NCBI GenBank assembly: GCA_963842525.1
Contig: CAWJGT010000004.1
Span: forward strand, 160,001 to 224,000
DNA from: an uncultured Holophagales bacterium
Lineage (GTDB): Bacteria > Acidobacteriota > Thermoanaerobaculia > Multivoradales > UBA5704
DNA length: 64,000 nucleotides
Direction of reading: 5' to 3'
Below the pieces are notes generated by a model. That model was not told the origin of the DNA, did not search any database, and saw nothing but the letters and a program-made list of their open reading frames with translations. The position numbers were made by a program, and so were the translations under genes. Positions 38,558 through 48,199 of the stretch are shown one piece after another (positions within the stretch are counted from its first letter, which is position 1; each line of letters starts with the position of its first letter).

Positions 38558-39966
38558 GTCTCCCCGAGCGCTTCCCGGATGTCCTCCAGCGCCATCTCCA
38601 TGCGGTCGTGGTGGGTGCGGAAGGAGAGGACGCAGATCCGCAGGGCGAAACGGCCGCGGAGGAGGGTGCCGGTCAGCATGACCCTCTGGCGGTCGTTGAT
38701 GCGGTCGAGGAGCTTCCGGTTGAGACGGTTGAGCTCGTCGTCGCCGGCGTCCTCGCGGCCCGGGGGGACGTAGCGGAAGGCGAAGAGCGAGAGGTCGGGC
38801 TCGGCCAGGACCTCGATCCCTTCGATCCGCCGCAGCTCCTCCAGCGCCCAGGACGTCAGGTCGAGCTTCTCGTCCAGCGCCTCGCGGAAGGGGCCGATGC
38901 CGTGCATCTTCATAGGGAGCCAGACCCGCAGGCCGCGGTAGGGCCGGCTCAGCTCGGGGGACATCTCGCAGAAATCGACCGGGTTGTCCTGCATCGCCGG
39001 CATGTAGTCGGCGGCGGCGCTGTGGGCGCGCTTCAAGGCGGCGCCGTCCCGTACGAGGAGGGCGCCGGTGCCGTACGGGAGGAACAGGCTCTTGTGCGGG
39101 TCGAGGATCAGCGAATCGGCGAGCTCCATGCCCGCGAGGGCCTGCCGCCCGCGTTCCGTCATGCGGAAGAAGGCGCCATAGGCGCCGTCGACGTGGAACC
39201 AGAGGTTTTCGCGGTGGCAGATCGCGGCGAGCCCCGGCAGTGGATCGACCGCGCCGCTGTTGGTCGTCCCGGCGTTGCCCACCACCAGGAACGGGGTGAG
39301 CCTCTGCCGGCGGTCCTCCTCGATCATCGACTCCAGGGCGTCGAGGCGGATGCGGAAGCGCTCGTCCGTGGGCACCTCGCGGACGTTCCGCGGCGGGAAC
39401 CCGGCGAGGACGGCGCTCTTGGCGATCGAGTGATGGGTCTGGTCCGAAGCATAGAGGATGCCGCGGAGGAAGTCCTCGGGGAGGCGCTCCCGCCGGGCGG
39501 TGACCAGGGCGATGAGGCTGGAGACCGAGCCGCCGCTGGTCAGCAATCCCCTGGTCTCGGGCGGCATGCCGGCGATCTCGCGGAACCAGGAGAGGACGTT
39601 CGCCTCGAGCTGCACCAGGGCCGGCGCGGCGGCGAAGACGCCGGTGTAGCGGTTGATCGTATCGGCGATCAGGTCGGCCACGGCGGAGTGGAACAGCCCG
39701 CCGCCGGGGATGTAGGCGAGGTAGCCCGGACCGGCGGCGTTGAAGGAGCTCGGGGCGGCCTTGCGGAAAAGGAGGTCCAGCAGCTTTGGGTAGGGCGTTC
39801 CCTGCTCGGGAGGGAGGGGCTCCTCCAGGGACCGCGCCAGCTTCATGCCTCCCTTCGTGCGGGAGGCGGGTTGCTCCGGAAGGGTCTCGATGTGATGGAC
39901 GATCCGTTCCAGGGCTGCGAGCACGAGGCTCCGCATCTCGTCGGCAGTGGGCTCCAGGGGTGCCAT
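38554..39966 (-). CDS. Group II PLP-dependent (aromatic) amino acid decarboxylase
   Basis: TSGGS, HHSIAK, AGTTNSGAVD, HVDGAYG, DPHK (PLP-Lys), ELSR. Confidence 0.93.
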   Translation of the reverse strand: MAPLEPTADEMRSLVLAALERIVHHIETLPEQPASRTKGGMKLARSLEEPLPPEQGTPYPKLLDLLFRKAAPSSFNAAGPGYLAYIPGGGLFHSAVADLIADTINRYTGVFAAAPALVQLEANVLSWFREIAGMPPETRGLLTSGGSVSSLIALVTARRERLPEDFLRGILYASDQTHHSIAKSAVLAGFPPRNVREVPTDERFRIRLDALESMIEEDRRQRLTPFLVVGNAGTTNSGAVDPLPGLAAICHRENLWFHVDGAYGAFFRMTERGRQALAGMELADSLILDPHKSLFLPYGTGALLVRDGAALKRAHSAAADYMPAMQDNPVDFCEMSPELSRPYRGLRVWLPMKMHGIGPFREALDEKLDLTSWALEELRRIEGIEVLAEPDLSLFAFRYVPPGREDAGDDELNRLNRKLLDRINDRQRVMLTGTLLRGRFALRICVLSFRTHHDRMEMALEDIREALGET

Positions 39967-39990
39967 GGCGGGAAAGAGTACACTCCGCCC

Positions 39991-41690
39991 GTGCTCCGGC
40001 GGAACCATCTTGCGGACGCCGCGGTCGCCCTGGGGCTCGCGGCCGCGGCCTGGCTCCTCTACCGCCCGGTCCTGAAGCTCTGGTGGACGCACGACGATTT
40101 TTTCCATCTGCGCTATCTGCTCACGCATCCACCGGGCTGGTACCTCTTCGACGCCTCGGCGTTCCGGCAGTTCCCGGCGCGGGTGTTCACGCCGCTGCTC
40201 TTCCTTTCCCTGGATGCCGACCGCCGGCTCTTCGGGCTGCAGCAAGCCGAGCCCTTCTACCTCCACCAGCTCGTTGCCGCGGTGCTCTGCCCCGTGGCGC
40301 TGTATGTGCTCCTGCGTCTCTGGTTGTCCCGCGGTTGGGCGGCGGCCGGGGCTTTCGTCTTCCTCACCGGTCCGGTGTTCACCTCCCTGACGCTGCTCCT
40401 GATGGTGCGCCACTACCTGGAAGCGATCCTGCTCGCGACGCTGGCCGTGGGCGCCTGGGCCGTGGCTTTGCGGAGATGGCCGGAGCGAGGTGCCTGGGTA
40501 TTCTCTGTGCTCTCGGCCATCGCCTGTTTCATGGCCTCGATGGCGAAGGAGGTCGCGGTACCGCTCGCCGTCTTCCTTCCCCTGCTGTCCCCAACGGGAG
40601 CCGCGCCGCCGTGGCGGGACAGGCTGCGGCTGGCGGTGCCGCACGGCGTGGCGCTCGGCCTCTATCTCGCCTGCCGTGCCGCTGCGCTGGGGACGCTCCT
40701 CGGGGGCTATGGCTTCACCGTGACTCCGCCAGATCTCCCTCGCCTCGCCCTGGCCCTGCCGGGCAAAATCGGGAAGGAGCTCCTGGGTGGGGAATGGACG
40801 CTGCCGGGCGTGTTGCTGGCCGCCGCACTGTCCGCCGGGGTCCTGGTGCTCCTGCGCCGGCGCCGGGCCGCGCTCGTGCTGCTGGCCGCGCTCCTCTTCG
40901 CCGCCCTTCCGGTCCTGCCGGTGTCGACCCACATGGAGCCGCGGTATGCAGTCGCGGCCTGGACCGTCCTCGTGGTCGCCTTCGCGGTGGGGGCCAGCCT
41001 GCTGGCGGTGGGAGGAGGAGCCGGGCGGTCCGCGGCGGTTGCGCTCGCCGTGGTCGCCTGCGCGGCGGGCCTGTGGCTCAACCGGCGGGATTGGGACGAA
41101 CGCTTCGCCCGGATGGAGCGGATGAGCGCCGAGAACCGGTTCCTCCTGGGGATGGGGGAGGGGGAGCTGCTCCGGCAGCCGCTCGCGCCGCCGGCTTCGC
41201 TCCGAGAGATGCGCTGGCTGAAGGAGGCGGTCTACCGCCGGCCGCCGGGCGGCGGATGGTTCCAGGACGACCTCTATCTATGTCTGCACCAGGGGGACGT
41301 CGGGCGGGTGTGGGGCTGGGACCCCGCCGCGCGCCGGATGATCGACCTCACGAGCCGGGTGCCGTTCCTGCGGGCCCGGCACTGCGGGTCCATCCGCCGC
41401 GATGTCCCTTTGAGCGTGGCGCTCCGCGTCTCCGGCTCGGACCTCTTCTGGGAACTCGGGCCCTACCGCGAAGGCCGGTACCTCTTCGTCGCGGACGGCG
41501 GGATCGGAGCCGTCGAGATGCCGCGCAGCGCCGGCTTCCAGATCGGAGGGCTGGAGGAGCTGTCGCTGCGGATCGGGTACCGGTCGCCCGCGGGGTGGGC
41601 CACCTACTCGCCCGAGCTGCGGATCGAGCTGGTGGACGGCCGGGAAGCTCCGCTGGTCGAGGCCCGCGGAGCAGTCCCACTCACGTCAGC
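39991..41690 (+). CDS. GT-C-like polytopic membrane protein (3' end uncertain)
   Basis: WWTHDDF near the N-terminus, AKE and EPRY motifs, many TM helices. The listed 1364-aa ORF is over-extended at both ends. Confidence 0.7.
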
Positions 41691-41838
41691 CGAGGATGGA
41701 GTCGACGGGGGACATGACATCAGGGAATGCTTCCACGGCGACCGTCTCGCCACGGCGGAACCGGCGGACGTCCCCTGCCTCCGCCATCCGGTGGTATTCA
41801 TCGATCGAGAAGAGCCGTCGCGAAATTTGGACTGCCAT
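41686..41838 (-). pseudogene. Uma2 (DUF820) endonuclease remnant with internal deletion
   Basis: The typical N-terminus RRLFSIDEYHRMAEAG is joined directly to a typical C-terminus DVRRFRRGETVAVEAFPDV...DSILG (50 aa). Confidence 0.7.
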
Positions 41839-41945
41839 CGGGGTACCTCCGCCGGTCATTCTATCCGAAGCGCCCGTTGCCCCGTCTCCGAAAAGGATAA
41901 TCGGGATTCCGGCTCGGCGCAACCAACCTGCGCCGCCAGGCCGCA

Positions 41946-43376
41946 TCAACTGCTCCGGGCGATGTCCACGTTGGTCAGCCAGCCCTGGACCGGCTCAGCC
42001 CTGCCGCCTCCGGCCGTCACGAACACGTCGCCGCATCCGGGCTTCGTGAGCATCGCACTCCTCGCTTCGGCGATGGTCGCTTGCCTTTTGACCAGGACGA
42101 AGGTGTTCTCGAAGATGTCCTTCATCTCGGGATCGGCAAGCAGGTCGGCGAGCGTCAGGTCGCCCGGGTTCTTGCCGTCAGCGGCGGCCAGCACGTGCTT
42201 GACGATGAATTTGTCGATCATGCTGCGGTGGACGATGTACAGAGGATGCCCCTCGCCATTGAGCATGGGGATGCGGTTCAATCTCTGCAGATCGAGCTCT
42301 CCGACCAGGTCCTTCAGCCTGAACGATTCAGGCTTGATCTCGCCCAGGTTCTTGTAGAAGAACTCTCCAATCGGGATCATTCTCGAGGTGACCGGCACTG
42401 CCCGCGGATCGGACAGATTGTAGAAATAGAGGTCGAACTGCACGACCTCGCTGAAGGGGACCCGCCGGATCCGGCTGAGCACGGGAGTGAATTCAGCATC
42501 GCCCCCGATTTGACGGACAGGCGTCCAGCGGATGATCGGGAAGCCCCTCCCGGCGCCCAACATGATCTGCTCGCAGCAGGAATCGAACCAGGCCGTCTCC
42601 GCACCCGGAAATTTGTTCTGCCAGGCGCCGAGCAGGTTCGAGAGCTTCAATCGAGGGGGGAGGACAGCCTGCCCGAACAACTGGGCGGCGCGCGCATCGC
42701 TGTCGACCACTTCCCCGAAGCTCTTGATGATCTGTTGCGTGACTCCCGGGCGCTCACTCTCGCTCGCTTGCTCGATACGGTCGACCTCCGACCTCGGCAG
42801 CTCGATTCGCAGGTAGGGCCAGGTCGGCCACTCCTCGACCAGCCCCTCGTCAAGGGGCGGCAAGACTGCGCTGAGAGCTTCGTGAAGCTCCTTCGCCGCC
42901 TGCTCCAGGTAGACCTCCCTGAGCGCGGGAGCGAGGGCCCGATTCAGGGTGGGGAAGAAATCAGGCTCGTGCAGGAACTGCTGCACGAACCGCTTGAGGT
43001 TTTCGTAGCTGCGCGCATTGACCCGCAGATCGTCGTGGAAAGGGGCGGGGATGTCCGATCCGCACTGGAACACGATGATGTTTGTTTCCGGGCTTTGCGA
43101 GTCGTTGGCGACGCCGCACTCCCACATGCAGTACGACCAGTCCTGATCGGCGGAGGTATAGACCAGGATCAGAACATCCGAATTCCAGAGCGCCTGTTTG
43201 AGCTGGTTGTTCAGGCTGCCCTTGGCGAACCTGGGGCCCTGGAAGTCAGGATTGGAGGAGAGGTGGACCTTGACGCCGCCGTTGCTCCATGTTTCGACGA
43301 ACGCGGCGATGGCTTGGGCGATCCTGTTATCGGGAGATTTGTGCTTGTGACTGATGAAAAGCAGCGGATCCGTCAT
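41946..43376 (-). CDS. TIR-like domain + unknown middle domain + CBS pair protein
   Basis: LFISHK, SDVLILVYT, WSYCMWECG (TIR, Glu present). C-terminal NRIPML...YIVHRSMID and ATIAEARSAM...DVFVT...GWLTNVDI form a CBS pair. Confidence 0.75.
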   Translation of the reverse strand: MTDPLLFISHKHKSPDNRIAQAIAAFVETWSNGGVKVHLSSNPDFQGPRFAKGSLNNQLKQALWNSDVLILVYTSADQDWSYCMWECGVANDSQSPETNIIVFQCGSDIPAPFHDDLRVNARSYENLKRFVQQFLHEPDFFPTLNRALAPALREVYLEQAAKELHEALSAVLPPLDEGLVEEWPTWPYLRIELPRSEVDRIEQASESERPGVTQQIIKSFGEVVDSDARAAQLFGQAVLPPRLKLSNLLGAWQNKFPGAETAWFDSCCEQIMLGAGRGFPIIRWTPVRQIGGDAEFTPVLSRIRRVPFSEVVQFDLYFYNLSDPRAVPVTSRMIPIGEFFYKNLGEIKPESFRLKDLVGELDLQRLNRIPMLNGEGHPLYIVHRSMIDKFIVKHVLAAADGKNPGDLTLADLLADPEMKDIFENTFVLVKRQATIAEARSAMLTKPGCGDVFVTAGGGRAEPVQGWLTNVDIARSS

Positions 43377-43541
43377 CGATTCATCTCCGACTGATGTCCC
43401 GAGGATGTTCCCCCTGTAGACGGAACCGGAAGGAGGAATCCCGAGCAAGAGTGTTCACTGCCGCAAGCCTCTTTCATTTGAGTGTTCTCGGGAACATCCT
43501 ACAATAACCCGCCGCAACAAGGCGCGGCATCAAGGCAGCCG

Positions 43542-44834
43542 TTACTTGCTCCGCACCCATCCGATCGTCCGCCGCTCGCCGGGGCGCAGGGGGCGGTCCC
43601 AGGGCGAGGTGTCGCGCGCGAAGCGGACCCGTCCCGGCCCGGCGCGGAGCACCCGGTAGCCGGCGAGGCCGTCGGCGGCCACTGGCTCGCCGGAGCCCCA
43701 GCGGACGTCTACCGAAGGCGGCCAACCGGCGTCCGCCTCCCCGGTGTTCACCAACTCGACGTCGATCAGCCCCGGCCCGGCCGCGCGCTGGACGACCCGC
43801 AGCTCGCGGTGCGGCGCGCGCCCCTGCCGGACCGCTTGAAAGGCGAGCCAGGGCCAGTTGAGCCGGTCCGACGCGGTGGGGAGGCGGTACCAGATCAAAC
43901 CCGCCAGCTCGACCGGCCGGTCCGTGGTCCAGGCGCGCACCAGGCCGGCCATGGTCTCCGGGTCGCTCTGCACCACGCGGACCACCGCGTTGCGCGGCCA
44001 GGAGAGGACCGGCCCCTCGGCGGAGAGGCCGAGGATCTCTCCCTTGGGGCTGAAGGCCACGACATAGCCGTAGGTCGGCAGGGCCACCTGGAAGGGCCGG
44101 CCGAACCGTGCCGCCGCCTCGACCGCCCGCCGGGCGGCCGCCGGATCGCACAGCTCGACCCGTGCATCGGCGCTCCGCGGCGCCTCCAGGGAGTGGACCT
44201 GGAGCACGTAGCCGTCCGCGGCCTTGGCCAGCGCCCCGAAGGCCCGCCGGTGGCGCAGCCAGCTCGGCAGGGCCGTGACCGTCACGGGGATCGGTGCGAC
44301 CTTTTCCTGCACAGCGCGGACGAGGGGCGGATATTCGTCCAGGCGCGACTCGGGGCAGTCATAGTCGAGCTGGACCTCGCGGACGGGGACGCCCCGTGCG
44401 CGGGCTTCCTGGGCGAGCTTCCCGGCCAGGGCAGGCAGCCAGCGGAGCAGAGCGTCATCGTTCGCGAAAGCTCGGGTAGAATCCTGCCTTCGTCCGAAGC
44501 TCCCGATCCGGAGGGCCAGCCCCACGGGGCGTCGAAGCTCCCGGAGAGCGGCGAAGTCGACGCCGGCGCGGGCCACCCGCGGCGGCTGGACAGAGAGGTC
44601 CACCTCGGCGGCGAGGACGACCAGACCGCCGAAATCGTATGCCTGCTGGACCGCGGTGATTGCGGCAAGCACCTCGGGGGTCCAGCTCCGCTGCCAGACG
44701 TAGGCCTCCTGGACGAGGGGACCGGACGCACGCTCTCTCGTCTTCAGCCGGAGGGCGAGGAGGGCGGCCAGGCCCAGCAGCACGGCGCCAGCGAGGGCAA
44801 GGAGCAGGACGGATCGGCGGTTCAGCCGTTTCAC
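43542..44834 (-). CDS. DUF3142-like glycoside-hydrolase-fold protein
   Basis: AYVWQRSW, VQLDYDCPESRL, VTALPSWL, YVLQVH, FQVALPTY, IWYRLP. Confidence 0.75.
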   Translation of the reverse strand: MKRLNRRSVLLLALAGAVLLGLAALLALRLKTRERASGPLVQEAYVWQRSWTPEVLAAITAVQQAYDFGGLVVLAAEVDLSVQPPRVARAGVDFAALRELRRPVGLALRIGSFGRRQDSTRAFANDDALLRWLPALAGKLAQEARARGVPVREVQLDYDCPESRLDEYPPLVRAVQEKVAPIPVTVTALPSWLRHRRAFGALAKAADGYVLQVHSLEAPRSADARVELCDPAAARRAVEAAARFGRPFQVALPTYGYVVAFSPKGEILGLSAEGPVLSWPRNAVVRVVQSDPETMAGLVRAWTTDRPVELAGLIWYRLPTASDRLNWPWLAFQAVRQGRAPHRELRVVQRAAGPGLIDVELVNTGEADAGWPPSVDVRWGSGEPVAADGLAGYRVLRAGPGRVRFARDTSPWDRPLRPGERRTIGWVRSK

Positions 44835-44854
44835 GAGGAGGAGAGGATAGACCG

Positions 44855-46520
44855 ATGCGCTCTCCCGGAGACAGCACGCCCCGGTTGGGCCGGAAACGCG
44901 GGCGCCTCGCCCTGGCGCTCGCCGGCTCGGTGCTGGCAGGCCTGGGGCTCCGTCTGTGGAACCTCCAGGACCAGGTCCTGGGCGGGGACGAGCTGCACCT
45001 GGCTAGAACCATCCTCCGCTGGCCGGTCCACAAGATCCTCACCACCTATGGGCTCGCCGACACCTCGATCCCGCTGACGGCCTTGTATCGCTGCCTGCTC
45101 GATTCCGGCGCCGTGCTCTCGGAGATCGACTTCCGCCTCCCCGCGCTCCTGTGCGGCTGCCTCGCCCTGGCGGCGCTGCCCTGGGTCTTCGCGGGACGGC
45201 TGGACCCGCCCACCGTCCTGCTGTACGGCTGGCTCCTGGCGATCTCGCCCGCCCTGGTGCTCTACAGCCGGATCGCGCGCTCGTACCTGCCCATGGTGCT
45301 CTGTGGCTGCGGCGCCGTCCTGGCCTTCGAGGCCTGGTGGCGGACCCGGGCGCGGAGGTACGCGCTCCTTTATGTGGGGCTCGGCGCGCTGGCCGTCTGG
45401 ATCCACCTGGGAGCGGCGCCGCTCGTGGCAGCCCCCTTCCTCTTCGCCGCCGGCGACCTGGTCATCCGCCGCGAAGGTTGGAGACGACTGCGGAACCTGG
45501 TGGCCGTGGGCATCGGCCTGGCGCTCGCCTGCGCGGTGTTCCTCGTGCCGGCCCGTCAGTCGCTCGTCCGGCTCGTCGCCGCCAAGCACGTGGAGCAGAC
45601 CCTCGCGCCGTCCCTGGCCGGAGGCATCCTCCGGCTCGAAGCGGGAACCGCTTCGTGGGCGGCCACCGCTGTCTTCTGGGCCGCGGCCCTGCTCGGGCTC
45701 ATCCTGCTCCTTCACGACCAGCCCCGGCTCGGCGCCTTCACGCTGACGGTGGCCGCGAGCCAGGTGGCCGGCATCCTCCTGCTTTCGCCCAAGGGGATGC
45801 GCCACACCGTAATCTTCCACCGCTACCTGCTCCCGACCCTCCCATTCCTCCTCCTTTGGGCGGCGTACGGGCTGGGGCGCCTGTGGAGCCGGCCGGCGGC
45901 GGGTCCCGGGGGCCGGGCAGCGCAACGCTCCGCGGTCGTCCTCTTCCTTCTCGTACTGGCCGGGGCGGGGCCGCTCCTCTCGCGTGGCATCCTGGGCAGC
46001 TCGTTCGTGCATCACAACCACTTTGTCGACTTCTCCCTCCCTCGGGTCAGCCTGCCGGAGGAAGCCGTGCCGGCGATCTACCGCCGCCTGCCTCCCGGGC
46101 CGGTCCTGGAGCTTCCCCTGGCACACGACTTGGGAGCTGGCGCGCTCCTTCTACGTCTACCAGCAGATCCATGGCCACAGGGTCCTGGTCTCGGCTCCCT
46201 ACGACTTTCCCCGGTATCCACAAATCCGCTTTCGTAATGAGATCCCTCCCGAGCCGGAGGCGATCCTGAAGAGCCCGGCCCGCACCCTGATCGTCCACCG
46301 CGAGCCCTCCCTGGAGGAAGAGGCCGCTCAGGGGCCCGGGAGGCCGCCGCGGCGCGCGGCTCCACGCCACCGCCGGCGGTACCACCGCGCCGCCCTGGTG
46401 ACGGCGGAGATCCTCACGAGCACCTGGGGTCCGCCGGACTACGCCGACCCCCTGGTGCAGGCCTGGGACCTGGAGAAGGTACGGCGGAGCCGGCTGGCCG
46501 GTATACGCTTCCGCGGATGA
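44855..46520 (+). CDS. GT-C (ArnT/PMT-like) membrane glycosyltransferase, frameshift near 46118
   Basis: LGGDELH, FRLPAL, YSRIARSY; the C-terminus continues in the 45984..46520 frame; paralog of the next gene. Confidence 0.8.
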
Positions 46521-48199
46521 TCGGAGAGAGACCTGGACTGGACCCCGCGACGGCCTCCCGGCGCGCCCGGCGGCAGCGCTTTTTCCTCGCCCTGTCGCTC
46601 GCCGGCTCGGTGCTGGCGGGCCTGGGGCTCCGGCTCTGGAACCTCCGCAATCAGGTGATGGGCGGCGACGAGCTGCACCTGGTGCGCTCGATCCTCGCCC
46701 GGACGCTGCCGGAGATCCTGACCACCTATCCGCCGGTCGATACCTCGATCCCCCTGACCGCGCTCTACCGGGTGCTCTTCGCGGCGGGGACGCAGCTCTC
46801 GGAGATCGACTTCCGCCTGCCGGCGCTGCTCTGCGGCTGCCTGGCCGTGATCGTCCTGCCCTGGACCTTCGCGCACCGGCTGGACCGCCCGGTCGTGCTG
46901 ATGTACGCCTGGCTCCTCGCGATCTCCCCCTGCCTGGTTCTCTACAGCCGGATTGCCCGTTCGTACCTGCCCATGGTGCTCTGCGGCTTCGGCGCCGTGA
47001 TGGCCTTCGAGGCCTGGTGGCGGACCCGCGCGTGGAAATTCGCCGCTCTCTACGTCGGGCTCGGCGCGCTGGCCGCCTGGATTCACCTGGGAGCCGCGCC
47101 GCTCGTGGCCGCGCCGTGCCTCTTCGCCGCCGGCGACCTGATCGTCCGCCGCGGGGAGCGGTGGCAGCGCCTGCGCGACCTGGTGGTCGTGGGGATCGGG
47201 CTGACCCTCGGCTTCGCCGCCTTCCTGCTGCCGGCCCGCGAGTCGCTCCTGCGGCTGATCGCCCTCAAGCACCGGGATGTGCGCATCCCGAAGCACGCGA
47301 TCTGGAACGTCCTCCGGCTGGAGGCGGGGACCCCGTCGACGACCATCGCCATCCTGTTCTGGATCGCGGCCCTCGCCGGGCTGGTGCTCCTGCTGCGCGA
47401 TCCACTGCGGGACCATCGCCGGCTCGGCGCCTTCACCGCGACGGTGGCCGCCGGCCAGATCCTGGGCATCCGCCTCCTCTCGCCGCTGGGGGCGAACAGC
47501 CCGCTGATCCTCAACCGCTATCTGCTGCCGGTCCTCCCCTTCGTCCTCCTCTGGGTGGCCTATGGGCTCGGCCGGCTGTGGAACCGGAAAGCCGCCGGGT
47601 GCGCGGGCTGGGCCGCGCAACGCTATGCGGTGCGGATCTTCGTCCTCCTCCTGTTCTGGACCGGGCCGTTCCTCTCTCCCGGGTTCCGGGACAGCTCGTT
47701 CATGCATCACAACGATTTCGTGGGTTTCTGGGCACCGCGCGCCTCGCTGCCGGACGCGCTGGTGCCGGAGGCCTACCGCCATCTGCCGCGCGGGCCGGTG
47801 GTGGAGTACCCCTGGCCCGCAATCTGGGAGTTCGGGCGTACCTTCTACATCTACCAGCGCGTTCACGACCGGCGGGTGATCGGCGCTTCGACCGAGATCC
47901 CGTGGCATCCGCAGATCCGCTTCCGCAATGCGCTGCCTCCTGATCCCCAGGCTTTTCTGGCGAGCCCGGCCCGCACGCTCGTCGTCCACGTCCGCCTCCC
48001 CTGGGAGGAGGACCGCGTGCAGACCCCCGGCCGGCGGCCCTGGCGCATTCCCGCGGGAAGGCGGCGCGCCAACTACCGCCGTGCCGGCGAGCGGCTCGCC
48101 AGGCGCCTCACCGCGGAATGGGGGCCGCCGGATGCGGGCGATGACACGGTGCGGGTGTGGGATCTGGAGAGGGTCAGAAAAGGACAACAAGGACAGTAA
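46517..48199 (+). CDS. GT-C (ArnT/PMT-like) membrane glycosyltransferase, tandem paralog
   Basis: MGGDELH, FRLPAL, YSRIARSY, RYLLP; long near-identical stretches shared with the upstream gene. Confidence 0.85.
   Translation: MIGERPGLDPATASRRARRQRFFLALSLAGSVLAGLGLRLWNLRNQVMGGDELHLVRSILARTLPEILTTYPPVDTSIPLTALYRVLFAAGTQLSEIDFRLPALLCGCLAVIVLPWTFAHRLDRPVVLMYAWLLAISPCLVLYSRIARSYLPMVLCGFGAVMAFEAWWRTRAWKFAALYVGLGALAAWIHLGAAPLVAAPCLFAAGDLIVRRGERWQRLRDLVVVGIGLTLGFAAFLLPARESLLRLIALKHRDVRIPKHAIWNVLRLEAGTPSTTIAILFWIAALAGLVLLLRDPLRDHRRLGAFTATVAAGQILGIRLLSPLGANSPLILNRYLLPVLPFVLLWVAYGLGRLWNRKAAGCAGWAAQRYAVRIFVLLLFWTGPFLSPGFRDSSFMHHNDFVGFWAPRASLPDALVPEAYRHLPRGPVVEYPWPAIWEFGRTFYIYQRVHDRRVIGASTEIPWHPQIRFRNALPPDPQAFLASPARTLVVHVRLPWEEDRVQTPGRRPWRIPAGRRRANYRRAGERLARRLTAEWGPPDAGDDTVRVWDLERVRKGQQGQ

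Noticed and set aside
38263-42357. 1364-aa ORF as a single protein
   Set aside because: The N-terminal part is the antisense shadow of the decarboxylase and the C-terminal part overlaps the Uma2 remnant and TIR-CBS gene. Only ~39991-41690 looks coding.
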